The notes: a model not told the origin generated them from the letters alone. 64,000 nt of DNA from Zygnema circumcarinatum SAG 698-1b (GCA_037447605.1 CM074809.1:1044689-1108688); one strand, 5' to 3'; positions 25,001-36,729 are shown, numbered from the stretch's first letter. Translations and numbers: made by a program.

Positions 25001-26049
25001 CCAGATTTCCGCTCGCAACATGATGGACCCTGAACTCCTACAAAAACTCCTATTGAACAATTTCGGTGGGCGGGCCTGCCTTAGTACCCTACTTGATGTT
25101 AGGTCTAGATAGGAAAGTTCGCTGAAGTTTTTTGGGGGTGTTTTCCTGGTTCAAGGGTTTCGGGATCATGTAAACTGAGTCCTAAAGCCTGTGCTTGCAG
25201 ACACGATTCCGGTGAAGCTGCTGCTGCAGATGGCCACTCTGTTCTATGGCTCAGGCCTTAAAAATCGCAACGGTACGGTGGAGTATAGAAAGGGACTGCG
25301 GGACTGCAATGTTCCTGTGCTCTCATTGGCCGGCGATCAGGATTGGATCTGTCCCCCCACTGCTGTCACTGGTGAGAACCACTGACCTCTCCTTTAGAGC
25401 ATTTTTTTTTTTTTCATTGAGCTGCATGGAATCGCCAGCAGGTCAGCGACTGAGCTAGAGCCAACTGTTCATAAGTCTAAGTGACGGCTGCTGTTCCTCG
25501 AATTCAATATTCATGAAGAAGATGTGCCATCTCTTTTTTCTTGCTGATCGATTTTTCCGTTCTTTGCGTTGGGACACGTCACTTTCTGGTCAGACACGTT
25601 GAAATACTTCCCAGAGGAAAAGGCCTCTTACCGGCTCTTTGGCGGAGGCCCCGATGAGCATAACTACAGCCACTACGATCTCCTTGTGGGCAAATATGTG
25701 AGTACCTTTTTTACTGAGGATTTGGAGCCTGCCCTTCATGCATAGCATCAAGTTGGCTCTCCGTTTTGTGATCCGTCTGCTCCTTTGTTCAGCCATTCAC
25801 AAGAAAATGCTTTCACCGGCCCTCCCCTTCTTAGGACTTGATGTTCTGGAGTTGTGGTGTTTACCGAGACCTAAATACGACCTATTCCAGTAATGTCTTG
25901 TGTAATGCCTGCGGTTGTGTAGCTCTTCCTCAGTTACGACTCTAAGCATTGAGGCTTTATGCCTGCTGCATGTCTTCCCTGTGCAGGCGAAGCAGGAGGT
26001 CTTCCCAGTGATCACCGACTTCGTGTTGGAGCATGATGAGTTGTCGTGA
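22025..26049 (+). CDS. Alpha/beta-fold hydrolase with an internal amphipathic helical-repeat insert
   Basis: Exons join ADELHYV...WRLALWRY|...HPVILLCGIATNAIGYDL|SLARHL..GFDTW.LEVRGAG...YDWDFD..YEDIPAA...GHSMGG...LAGDQDWICP...YSHYDLLVG|...VFPVITDFV..HD. Ser-Asp-His triad intact. Start is ATG 22025 or 22052. Confidence 0.9.
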
Positions 26050-26657
26050 TGCGAACAAAGTTTTTGAACTTCGACCAACTGAACAGTCCTGTCGACTTCT
26101 TGTATATAATTTCGGCATATCTCGGCATAGTGTTTCTTCCTGAGGAGTTTGAAGGAGGATGGGCGATGGCATCTCTGATTTCGTCTTTCTACATGCTTAC
26201 TTAAAAGCGAATGGTGACATACTTCCTGTTCAATCTCTAGTCATTTTTTTTTATAACCTGTATAGTCACTGCAACTTTTCTTGTACGGATGAACGAGGAT
26301 GTAATGTAGCCCTATTCCATGAACTGCGACTTCAAGTGTTTGGATCTGAACCCATGTTTCAATTTGTTGTTGCGGGTACGAGGCCTGCTTTCATATAAAT
26401 GGTTTAAGATTGCAGACTCGAATGCTAAGACCAGCCGCCGCCCTTTCGCGCATTACGAGACCGCACGGGGGGACGGACGGACCACGCTTCAAGGATGAGC
26501 TTTGATTTAGGCGAGAGCAAAGGTTGGTAAGCTGTGTGCTGGGGTGGGTTTGATCGGACGATCAGGAATGACCGATTTTCTACCCGCTGACATAGCTGCT
26601 GCCGGTGTAAACCGGCGACTTCCGCCCTCTACATCGCTGGGCGTTTGGTGACAACTC

Positions 26658-26765
26658 TGAAACCCTAAAAGCCTCAAACCATTAAAAACCTTAAACATCC
26701 TAAAACCCTGAAAACCCGAAAAATCTTAAGGACTCTACAACCTAAAAATCCTAGAAATCCTGAAG
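26658..26765. repeat. Degenerate telomere-like tract (AAACCCTAA variants)
   Basis: About ten degenerate units, e.g. GAAACCCTAAAA, AAAACCCTG, AAAACCCG, AAAAATCCTAG. Confidence 0.6.
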
Positions 26766-27389
26766 GGACTCCGGACTCCGAAAAGTTTCCCTTTTCTTTG
26801 CAGTCTCTGCTTCGCGCCACCTCCCTCCCCCCCCCCCTTCCCCCCTCCCCTCTCCCCTCTTGATGATGTTCTCAAAGGGATAGAGCCCTTACTAGTCTTA
26901 GTTACTCCTAGGTTTGAGGAATATGAGCGATATTACACTTATCTGAACTAGCCACATTTCATGACATCAGCCATCAGTCGGCTTTGGCCTGATAATGAAG
27001 CCAAACAACCTCGCTCACATGTAGACAACCACATCATAGGCCCTTGATGGGGAGGATTAAAAACATACACAATCTGTTTCTTTCCACATTCCTTCATCCA
27101 CATGCTTCAATTGAAGCCTTAATTTCAGTTAACGAGCCTAGTACATCTGAACTACAATTGAGTCTACTGTTAAGACGACTTCTCGTCAAATCGTGGTTAA
27201 AAAGACAATCTCAGGTAAGCCTAAAGTAAGCAACAATGAAAGTACCGAATTTCGCTCTCGTGGCTCCAAAAAGGCACAGCTAAGCCATGGCCTTAACAAG
27301 TATGGCTTCGCTTTTCGCTGCCCTGCGACCACAGTGACTCATCTAAATCCAATGTTAAAAGGAGCTTCTCGCTTCCTCTTCCTAGCTTT

Positions 27390-30069
27390 CTAGCAGCAGA
27401 CCTTCACTCCTTTCTTTTCTCTACGCTCGCTCCTCCCTCCTTCCGACCTTCCCTTCCTGTGCCCCCTCCCCCCCACCCTTGGGCTGCTCCGACTCTTATG
27501 TCCGGAGGTCCGCCTGCTCTCCCTTCCCACCTTTACTATCAGCCCCTTACTTCCGACTCGTCTCTGCTCCGATCGCTTCCTAACTCCCACCACATCAACC
27601 ACTTCTCCTCCCCTGTTTCCTTTCTCCCCTACCCGCCATTCCCCACATCTCCCACCTCTCACCTTCCTCTCTGTCCTCTCTCTCCCACCCGACACTGGCC
27701 GACCCGTCTGTGAGCTGATGCGAATCCTGCAGAAACCATCGACCAGCATCTCGCTACTGCAGCAGGGGCATCTTGGCATTCCGCAATTCTCTACGCTGAT
27801 TGGAGACACGGGAAGGCGCTCTTTCAACCCTAAACCTCCTCCTCGCGTGCTTCGTGGGCGAGAACATTTCTGTGTCACAAAATCTAAGTTTGACCAGAGA
27901 GGGAGCAGGTCGAACTCGTCCGACGAAAGGTACGCACTTCGACTCCGTCGATGCTTTTCCTTCTGTGACCCAATCCTGCTTATGGGCTGCGCATTTCCCC
28001 AAGATCGTGGTTTTGAAGCTGCCGGAGCACTTGGAGGCTGAGTGGCAGTAGCCCCCTCCTCTCCGCTGCTCCCTCCTCTCAAAGAGAAGCGGATGGACTG
28101 CAAATTTCCGAGAGAGATCGACCTCGAATGGTGCCTTTCGGAACCTTTCAGAAATTTCCGCGTTTGCGGAACATAAGCAGGCCGGTGAGGAAGAAACACC
28201 TTTGAAGGCCGAATGCTGCTGAGAAGGTCCTTGGCCCTCTGCAGGGTTCCCGGACTCCTCTGAGCTTGAAGCAGCGTGATAGCTTCAAGCTCTTCTCCCC
28301 ACGACTTCATGGCTGCCGCGTATTCAACAGCAGGTTGACCGCTCACCCAAGACGCATCGAAGAGAGGGGAGGAGAGAGGCTCGTCGGAGCTGCTTTGTGG
28401 GAAACAGGTGTCGCTCTCGTGCTCAACAAAGGAAGCCCACGTGTGTTCCAAGCTTTCGGAAGAGGGAGGGGAGTCTGCAGAGTTTGCGATGAAGGGGGGG
28501 CAGCTTCCATGGCGGGGGTGAAGCTGCCAGGCTGAGTGGGCAGCTGCAAGGACGCTCGCTGTAACCACTAAGTCCCCTGCGAGCTCGTTCAGCCCAAAGC
28601 ACATCTCTCCATCGCCTGAAGGAGGAGAAAAGGAGAGTGCGAGAGCGAGTGTGTGAGGGCAGAAAACAACGAATGATGCGGAGGAGTAAAGGCGAAGGTG
28701 GACGGAAATAGCAAGATGACCTTAGCTCTGACTCCTTTCTGAATACCCATTCTTTGAAAAAAAGGGAAAAAAACGACTCCTAACCAGCAATAGCAGTCTC
28801 CCCCCTCCCCCTTCTTTCGAGATTCCTACCCTCCATTCAAAACTGACGGTAACAATTCACATGGGCCTTCCCGCCCCCCCCCCTTCCCTCCAGCTTTAGC
28901 AGCAGCTCTTAAAACAGATGTTGCTCCTCCCTTCCCCACTCCACTGCGACATCCCATGCATTCTTCCCCCCGTCCTCAGCCCATCAAAACTAACAGTGTC
29001 TCTTGAAAAACCACGCCAACCCTAAAAACATTCCAAACCCTAAAAGCACGCAAACAAAGAAAGAAGCATAGCGGCTGCCTCCCTCACCGTTCTCCGTCGT
29101 GAGGCACGTCCGCAGCCACTCGCGAATGAGTTCCAAATTCCCGGGCAGCAGCGCGTGCACGTCCTCCACATCCCTCAGAGCTCCCGCCATTGCATCATCC
29201 GCTGCAATTCCCACCACTTTCCACGACAGGACATCTTCCTCCTCCTCCTCCTCCCCCTCCCCCTCTCCCTCTCCCACCAACCCCCTCGTCCTCTCCCTCT
29301 CTCCCACTCCCTCAGCGTCAGTCTCAGCTGCACCCTCCCCATTTCCCCTCTCCTCCCCATGCCCCTCCACTCCCTTCACTCTCTCTGCCGTCCTCTGCCC
29401 CTGCCCCTCCCCCTGCCTCTCTCCCTCCTCCTCCCCCCCTCTCTCCCTGCTCCTCCGCTTCCTCCTCCTTTTCACGGCTGCGAACACGCCCAGTGGCTTC
29501 ACGAGATAGACCTCTCCCACCCTCCGGGGCCTCTCCGCCCCCATGTCCACCACCTCCAGCGCGCCGCCATCCCCCCCCATCCCAAAGCCCTCCCGCATGT
29601 GCGTCACGTCCCCGAGCGTCTGCGGCAGCAGCCCCACGTTCCACGGCGCGTTGTGCGCAAAGGGGGCGGCGCGGCCCCCTTCGTCCTTGGCCAGCTGCAG
29701 GGGTGTGAAAGGCTCGTCCTGCGCCGCCACGTGGCGCAGCCAGGTGCCCGCAGGCGTGGTGCACACGCAGCGCAGGAGGCCGTCCGGGCCGTGCAAAGGG
29801 AGTTCGTGCCACGGCGAGACGGGCAGCCCGCCCCGCAGGACGGCCACGCGGTGCTTCAGGGACCCCGCCTGCCCGAACTCCAGCGTCGCGAGGTCCTGCT
29901 CCGCGCCGCCATGGCTGCCGCGTCGGGCCTCCACGCGCTCCGCAAGGACGGTAGCATCTTGAGGGAGGGCCAAGCGGCATGGGGAGGCCCGAATGGGAGC
30001 CTCTGCTGTGGCCATGGCGGCGTCCCCACTGGGAGGGCGGAGGGGAAGCAGGGGAGGAGCGGCAGCCAT
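27390..30069 (-). CDS. Family-I soluble inorganic pyrophosphatase homolog (plastid PPa6-type), catalytically degenerate, with long disordered C-terminal extension
   Basis: SPWHELPL...DEPFTPL...WNVGLLPQT...VKPLG...LSWKVVGI...DVEDV...PGNLELIREW. Donor AACG|GTGAGG near 29086 and acceptor TTCAG|GC near 28615 continue in frame into EMCFGL...HSAW. The 3' end is uncertain; further exons may extend to about 26510. Confidence 0.8.
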
Positions 30070-30112
30070 GGCAAGGATCTGCAGGAGGCGACATGAAGGG
30101 GTGGGCAGGAGG

Positions 30113-30210
30113 GTGCCGTACAGTTGGACAGGGTGTCGTACAGGGTGCCGTACGATTGCGTACCGTACGAAATAATGAAGGTGTACCTTCTGCCAGTAAG
30201 GTACGGTACG
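30113..30210. promoter_or_regulatory. Cluster of eight GTAC cores just upstream of the PPase-like start codon
   Basis: GCCGTACA, TCGTACA, CCGTACG, GCGTACCGTACG, GTGTACC and GGTACGGTACGG within about 100 bp. GTAC is the SBP-domain binding core; function inferred. Confidence 0.45.
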
Positions 30211-31337
30211 GTAAGAGGTTGCTGAAAGGGGAAAAATTCCAACTGGTTTGACGGATTTAGGGTTTTTATGTGGCAATTAGGACAGGGCAGTTGGCGCCGA
30301 CATTTTTTAGGGCCAATGGGCAGCCACGCCGGGCAGGACAGGGTAAAAAGTCGGCACACGAATACGTGGCAGGAGCTGCCGGAAGCGACAAGCGAATTCT
30401 TTTTTTGGTTGACCGAGAAAATGACCGAGGGGGACGAGGCCGATGAATTCAGCCGTTGGATATCCGCCACGTGACAAGAGGACAATTCTGGATGTCCCTA
30501 TGGCGAGCTGATCCTTAGGAAGTCTTTATAATTTCACTACGCGACAGAAGTTCACCGACAATGTCAACCATTCATATATTGCCACGTGGATCAGAGAGTT
30601 AGAAGTTGCCATAATAATCCAAGGCACAGCTGGCCGTACCTAACAAGACAGTTCGCAGTGGCCCTGGGCGGGAGCGTTCGTACAGGTCAGAATGCGCCAG
30701 CCGCTCAAGTTACTACCTAAACGACAAACTTTGCAGTGCGGACAAGCTTGGAGTTTCCGCGCCCGGGAACAGTCCAACTTTGACTGGCTGCAGGTCCATA
30801 TGTTCCCACGAAACCCGGAGGGGCCGCGATCTGTACGGAGAGGGAGATCCCAGATCCAGTCTCTTTGACCGAACCGCCGCTGCCGGCAAGGATGTACGGA
30901 TGACAGCTCTAATACGCCAAAACGAGCCGCCCGCATGGCCGCCCGCCCGGCCGGTCGTCTGGGGCTGCTCGAGCGCATGGCATGGCATGGCATGGCATGG
31001 CATGGCCGGGCAGTGGGGCTTGGGGTGATGGGGCACGTCCCCACTGCTCTAGGCGGGCGTGTTCGCACTGTCCATGGAAGCACCCATGTTGTTGTTGGTT
31101 GCGAGACGGTTCGCGGCATGGCTCAGTTCACAACGACTTTGCGCGTTTGTGGGGCCAATCATGGGAGGGTGCGCTTGGCAAAGTGGTCCATTGGATCAGC
31201 CATAGTAATGGTTGCGAGCCGTTGAATCGCGAGCCAGGCAACCATTGCCAATGGTTGGAACAATGGATTTAAAGGTTGGCGTCGAGCCGAATCAACCATT
31301 GCCAATGGTCGCAAGACTCGCTAGTCGCCATTGGGTG

Positions 31338-31525
31338 ACAATGGTTGCCAGTCCAACCAATGCTGTCCAATGGTTGCCAGTCCAACCAATGCGGTCCAAT
31401 GGTTGCCAGTCCAACCAATGCTGTCCAATGGTTGCCAGTCCAACCAATGCTGTCCAATGGTTGCCAGTCCAACCAATGCTGTCCAATGGTTGCCAGTCCA
31501 ACCAATGCTGTCCAATGGTTGCCAG
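31338..31525. repeat. 29-bp minisatellite, about 6.4 copies (ATGGTTGCCAGTCCAACCAATGCTGTCCA)
   Basis: Unit starts at 31341, 31370, 31399, 31428, 31457, 31486 and 31515, with one substitution. Degenerate CCAATGG sequence continues upstream to about 31190. Confidence 0.97.
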
Positions 31526-31593
31526 CCCTTGAGCAGAGGAAGCTGCCTTCTCCGCCACCAGGCACCTCCCTCCCCTCCCTCCCGGAGAACGCC

Positions 31594-34500
31594 ATGTCCG
31601 CCTGCCTCCCGCTCCACCACCTCCTCACCACAGCGCGCCACGTGGCAGTCCGTGGGGCCTTCCTCTCCGTCGATTTCGCAGCCTCAAGCAGCCGGGCAGC
31701 CCTGAGAAGGCGGGCCCTGCAGCAGGCTCTGCGCGCTCCCTCCCGGGCCTGTCCTCGCGTGGGCGCGGCTGGGTCTGCTGCTCGCGCGCTCTCTCTCTCG
31801 CCCTCGGCAGCCATGGCCGCGACCTCTCCCGCTCTGTCGGCTGTTCTGTGGGAGAGGTGCCAGAGGGAAGCCATGGGTGCTCTTCACCACCCCTTTGTGG
31901 TGGGGCTGGCGGCCAACACCCTGCCTCTGGACGCCTTTCAGCACTATGTTGCTCAAGACGCTTTCTTTCTCTCTGCTTTTGCAAAAGCGTAAGGTCTTTT
32001 TGTCTGCCTCAATGATGAGAATTTGCATTTGTCAATCTTCGCTGAAGGGGTTTTCGCATGCACCCGGCGTTTTTTTCTGTGATTTTTCGTACACTTGAAG
32101 GCATTGAAGTTTTTTTTGGGTGTGTTTGGTACTGTCAGTTACGAGCTGGCTAAGGAGTCGGTGAGGGATGACCACGCGAAGAAGGTCCTCGAAGAACAGA
32201 GAGCGGCTGTTGAGCGCGAACTTCAGCTCCATGGTGCATATGCGGAGGTATTGCAACACATTTGCTTTCCATTGCTGAACGTTTCTTCGTTTGGGGCCAC
32301 ATTCCATGGAAAGCCTTCAGCTCGGAACCTGCATCCGACAACCTCTGTGTTTTGAAGAGGTTGCTTCCTGTTGAGAAAAATGCGAGGCTGTTTATGACAA
32401 ATTGCAAAATGCGCAGAATCCGTTAGACGAAGATAGCTGAAGGATGTGTAAGCACTCTCCTTTGTGTCCACCGAATTTATCGGGTTAGAGTTGATAGACT
32501 TAACTTTTGAGAATCCGAGCTCCAAGAGTTGGGTTAAATGATGTTCCTACAGCCCTTTAGTCGTTTTTGGGTTGTGGCTGTAATTTTTTCCTCTATTCTT
32601 GACACATTTTCGTCACAGTCTTGGGGCGTTGATCTCGCGACACATGGCACGCCGAGCTCTGCCACTCTTGCTTACACTTCATTCCTCCTCAGAACAGCCG
32701 GAGAGAACGATCCTGACATAGTAGCACTTTCAGCGGAGAAGGAGGGGGAGCTGAAGGAGAGGAGAGGGAGAGGAGAAGGAGAGGCTTCAGAAGAAATTCG
32801 GGGGACCACAAGGGCAGCAGAAGTTGTGGCAGCCATGGTGCCCTGCATGCGCTTGTATGCCTTTCTGGGGAAGGAGCTGAAGTGGGCTTCCAAGCTGCTT
32901 GAATTGGAGGACACGAATCGATATGAAGAGTGGATGGAGACTTATGCATCGGAGGGATTTGAGGTGAGAAAAGCCTTGAGCGTTTCAGTTAAAATGATTC
33001 AGCTAACAGGTGCAGCTTAACTTTTTTGGACATTGTAATGGGATCTCCTCTTGTAAGAGGGGAAGTGGAATGGATTGAAGAAATAAGGACTCGTACAGTT
33101 GCTCTCGGATAACCCGGCAGACTTTATTGCTGCACCTTCTGAGTGGCTGTTGCAGGCATCAGCCCTGCAACTAGAGACGTTGTTGGACCGCTTGAGTGAA
33201 GGTGCAAGTGAAGAAGTTAGAGAGAAATTGTTGATGTTGTACAGGAGGGCCATGGAGTTGGAAGTTGCATTTTTCGCAGCGCAACCCATACCTCAAGGGA
33301 TGAGGGCACCCTTTGCGATGGGAGGAGCAGGGGATTCTAAAGAAGGCATCTCTCGTAGAGAACTTGTTTTTGCTTGTGACTTTGATTCCACCTGTACGGC
33401 AGAAGATTCAAGTGTCCTTTTACCAGAGCTGGGTTTCATTGCAAGTGAAGCGGAGGGAGAAGGTGCCGATCAGTTGAGTGAGGGAGAGAAGAGGAGGAGC
33501 AGGTGGGAGGAGGTGGCCAATCGCTATGCAGTGGACTTCAAGGAGTTGCTGGATAGCTATCTCTCAAGCAGGGGATCAGGGTTGGACACCAACGAAAGTA
33601 ATGAGCCTTTCAGCAGTCTGAGAAAGTTCCTGGAAAACTTAGCTGAGTTCGAGGTAGAGGCAAACACGAGATTGGAGGCCTCTGAAGTTCTAAGAGGAAT
33701 AAAGAGAGATGACATCGTGAGGAAGGGGAGCCAAACGGCTCTTCGAGAGGGGTGTGGGAGAGTGCTTACGCTTTTGCGTGAGGAGGGAATTCACATCAAC
33801 ATCATTTCAGTGGCATGGAGTCGGAGCTTCATTCGTGGGTCTCTCACCCACGGGTTGGGAGAGGTCACTTTGGCAGGTAACGTGCCATATTTCAAATGTG
33901 TTCTTTGAGGCTCGCAGGGTATAGACTGCATTGAGTGATACTTTCATACGGCTCAATCATGTATTTGAAGATCATTGCATATCGTCAGAACCTCAGTACG
34001 TCCCTCCTCCATCAATTGCCATCCCGTTCCAGTCTATTTCTTCTCTCCTCCCCACCTTGCCCTCCCTCCCTTCTCTCTCGCGTTCCCTCCTCCCCGTCCT
34101 CCCCCCCTTCCATTCGCCTCCCGCCCCCCTCACTCCATTCATTCTCCAACCCCCCCCTTCTCTTCGACCCTCTACCCATCTCCCACCCCTCCCTCTCCCT
34201 CTCTCTTCCCTCACCCTTCATCTTTGAGAGGTTCCAATACTGCTGCAGAGTGCATGTGACCCCTCAACCTATGGGCCCTTTCATCCTTATCCACCCATCA
34301 TAATTCGGCATTTGTTAAGACAGAGAAGCTGCAGCCATTGGTGTGTCCTGTCTTGTAAGCCATTTCTGCCAGGTGTGGATATCCAATCGAATGAGCTTGA
34401 GTTTAACTCCAATGGCGTCTCTACCGGAAAAGTCGTACGGTCCCTTCAAACTGCCATCGATAAGGAGAAAGCCTTTTCCAAGTTATGTGCGACAAATGAG

Positions 34501-34791
34501 CCGGGGAGGACCCATGTCTTTGTGGGAGACAGTGTCACGGATGTGCTCGCCCTTCTGCGTGCGGATGTGGGAGTGATAGTGGGAGAGAATCAGACTTTGG
34601 CAAAGGTACTGGACACTGTCAGCGATATTCAGGTGAGGCCTCTCCTCTCTGCGTCCATTTCCAGAGCACGTGCAGAGAGTAGTAGAGAGAGCAGCCCATC
34701 GCGGAGAATTCTGTACAAGGCGAGGGGCTGGGAGGAGATAGAAGCGTTTTTAGGGTTGGTCGAGTGGACGGATGTTCGCGGCGAAGCTTGA
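31594..34791 (+). CDS. TH2: Bifunctional TenA/HAD thiamine monophosphate phosphatase
   Basis: TenA domain (HPFV...FQHYVAQDAFFL..F...PCMRLYAFLG...Y..W..Y...MELEVAFF) plus HAD motifs CDFDSTCT and FVGDSVTD. Two in-frame ATGs at 31594 and 31813. Confidence 0.93.
33990..34215 (+). repeat. CT-rich low-complexity tract in a TH2 intron
   Basis: Pyrimidine run between exons. Confidence 0.8.
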
Positions 34792-35765
34792 AGCTTGAAG
34801 GTCTCGTGGTGCTTTAGAGAGTTTTTTAGATTATGGAGCAGATTTTCTCCGCAACCCTAAGAGCCTTAGAAATGCTAAGGAAGCTGAAGCTTCTCCCTCA
34901 CTCTGGTACACTACGAGCCATTGTCTGTGATTGTGGCTTTGCTGCTTACATTGCAAAGGAAAGAGTTAGCGTATTCATTGTCACAAAAGACTATTTCTTT
35001 AACCTATTCTTTCACCAAACCAATGCCTTTTTTAACCTTTGTCTGTTTGCAGCGTAATGCTTGCGCCCTACCACTCACCTTCAACCCTGCGTTCCTAAAA
35101 GTCAGTTATTTCCAAAGTGTGCAGTTTAGTCAGTTGAGTCCCAAAACCATTACAATAGGACCTGCCTGATGTGAACTGCTCTTCACAGAGTTCAAACATG
35201 CAAGGGACTTGGTAATTCACAGTTCATGGGCCCACCGTTCAAGCCCAGAGTCAGGTTCGTATGGCGGGGAACCTGCCCTGAGAGGGAGATGCGATGATGC
35301 CTTCAAATGTACATGGACAAAATCATCATCATGGGGAAACCACTAGGAACTGGACCAATAGAGTCACCTTCTGTAGTACGGTAGGCCGCGTTGGCCCCAA
35401 TCAGACCGTTGGCGCCCGTTGGTCCAACCGTTGGCAACTGACGGTGACCTCTGGCGATTTAACCGGTGTAGAGCGAGCAGCCAGTGGGAATCCGCCCGGT
35501 GGCACTTCGCTAAAGTCACGTTTCTATGCGCGGCAGTTGGGCGGCGTTTCGTTGCCGCAAGTAACTGTCCCTATGTGCTTTCAAGTTGTCAGCGCGGCCT
35601 TCATGCCATGCCATGAACGCGCTCCCACAAATGTATAACAATGTCCATGGACCGTGAAACCGAACAGGTTGGAAATTGAGAAATTGAGAAATTGGTCATT
35701 TTTTTTTTTTTTGTCACAGGGCGCTGCCGCCGCCCTCTTGCCGCCGACATGTACGAATCGGCTAT

Positions 35766-36507
35766 GACACGTGGCGCTTCACTCGCTGCCGCCCGCACGT
35801 GCGGTCCATCCCTGTCACTTTTGCCCTCTATGAAATTGCTGCGAAGTTTCAGGTTTGGACGCAAAGGATGGACAGTACGGCCTCAGTCCGTACATCGATC
35901 AGATCCGATCAGGGGGGCAGGCGGCTCTTGTGCTGCCACGTGGTGCGGGACACTGTCAGCTAGTGCGTCCACGTGACAGCTCTGGCGCCTCAGATCTACA
36001 TCTGCCACGCTCCAAGGACGGCCAGGATCGTTTCTAAAACCTTTTCCATATATTTTTGAGACAGATAAGGGGTGCAAATGGAGTATAAGGAACAGTCGCA
36101 AAAATCCAAAAAGGTTACGTTGACCACGAATGGGTGAGGGCCACGTTGACAGACCAAGCGAATATTCCCCGCCCTCCGCTCCCGACAAAACGGGCCCTCC
36201 TCAAAGCGGATCTTTCGATGCCTTCCCGCCTGACAAAGATTCCCACGCACTAACCGACACTATTTTTTTGAGTCTAGCGATTTGGCATTTTTCCTGCCGC
36301 GAGATCACCTGTTGACCACGTGTCCATCGAAGGTCGCTCCAATCTGACGGTGGTTTGCATCGAACATCTGGCACCATCGAAACGACAAACTGCGACGCAG
36401 TTTTGTCGGGCCCGTCTGGGCCGGGCAGTCCCCGGCCGGGCGCTGTCCACCGACATTAGTCGGTGGCGGCGGGCTAACCGGCCGCGCACTCCCTGCGCTG
36501 ACGTGGC
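35766..36507. promoter_or_regulatory. G-box/ABRE cluster upstream of the cupredoxin gene
   Basis: GACACGTGGC 35766, CACGTG 35796, GCCACGTGG 35935, CCACGTGAC 35969, CCACGTGTC 36316, ACGTGGC 36501. Confidence 0.55.
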
Positions 36508-36729
36508 GCCGTGCATGTACGGATTCACACTTGTGGAACGAATATGCCGGGAGGCTGCCTTGGGCGGCAAGCGCCCACTTGCTGCGGCACGCACTGCCGC
36601 CGGCGGCTAAGGTCGGGGGAGGAGAGGGAGTGGTGAGAGAGAGAGAGTGAGAAAGAGGGAGAGGCAACGAGAGAGGGAGGAGTGGAGAGAGGACGAGAGA
36701 AAGAGAGAGGAGTGTCGCGTAACGTCGCA

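Noticed and set aside
26420-26850. Telomerase RNA or U3 snoRNA
   Set aside because: AAACCCTAAAA occurs many times in the window. I found no convincing USE/Pol III promoter, terminal pairing or U3 5' domain.
31338-31525. CRISPR-like 29-bp repeat
   Set aside because: Units are directly adjacent with no spacers, there are no cas genes, and the context is eukaryotic.
35370-36520. GTAC copper-response elements upstream of the cupredoxin
   Set aside because: About five GTAC in about 1.2 kb equals random expectation.
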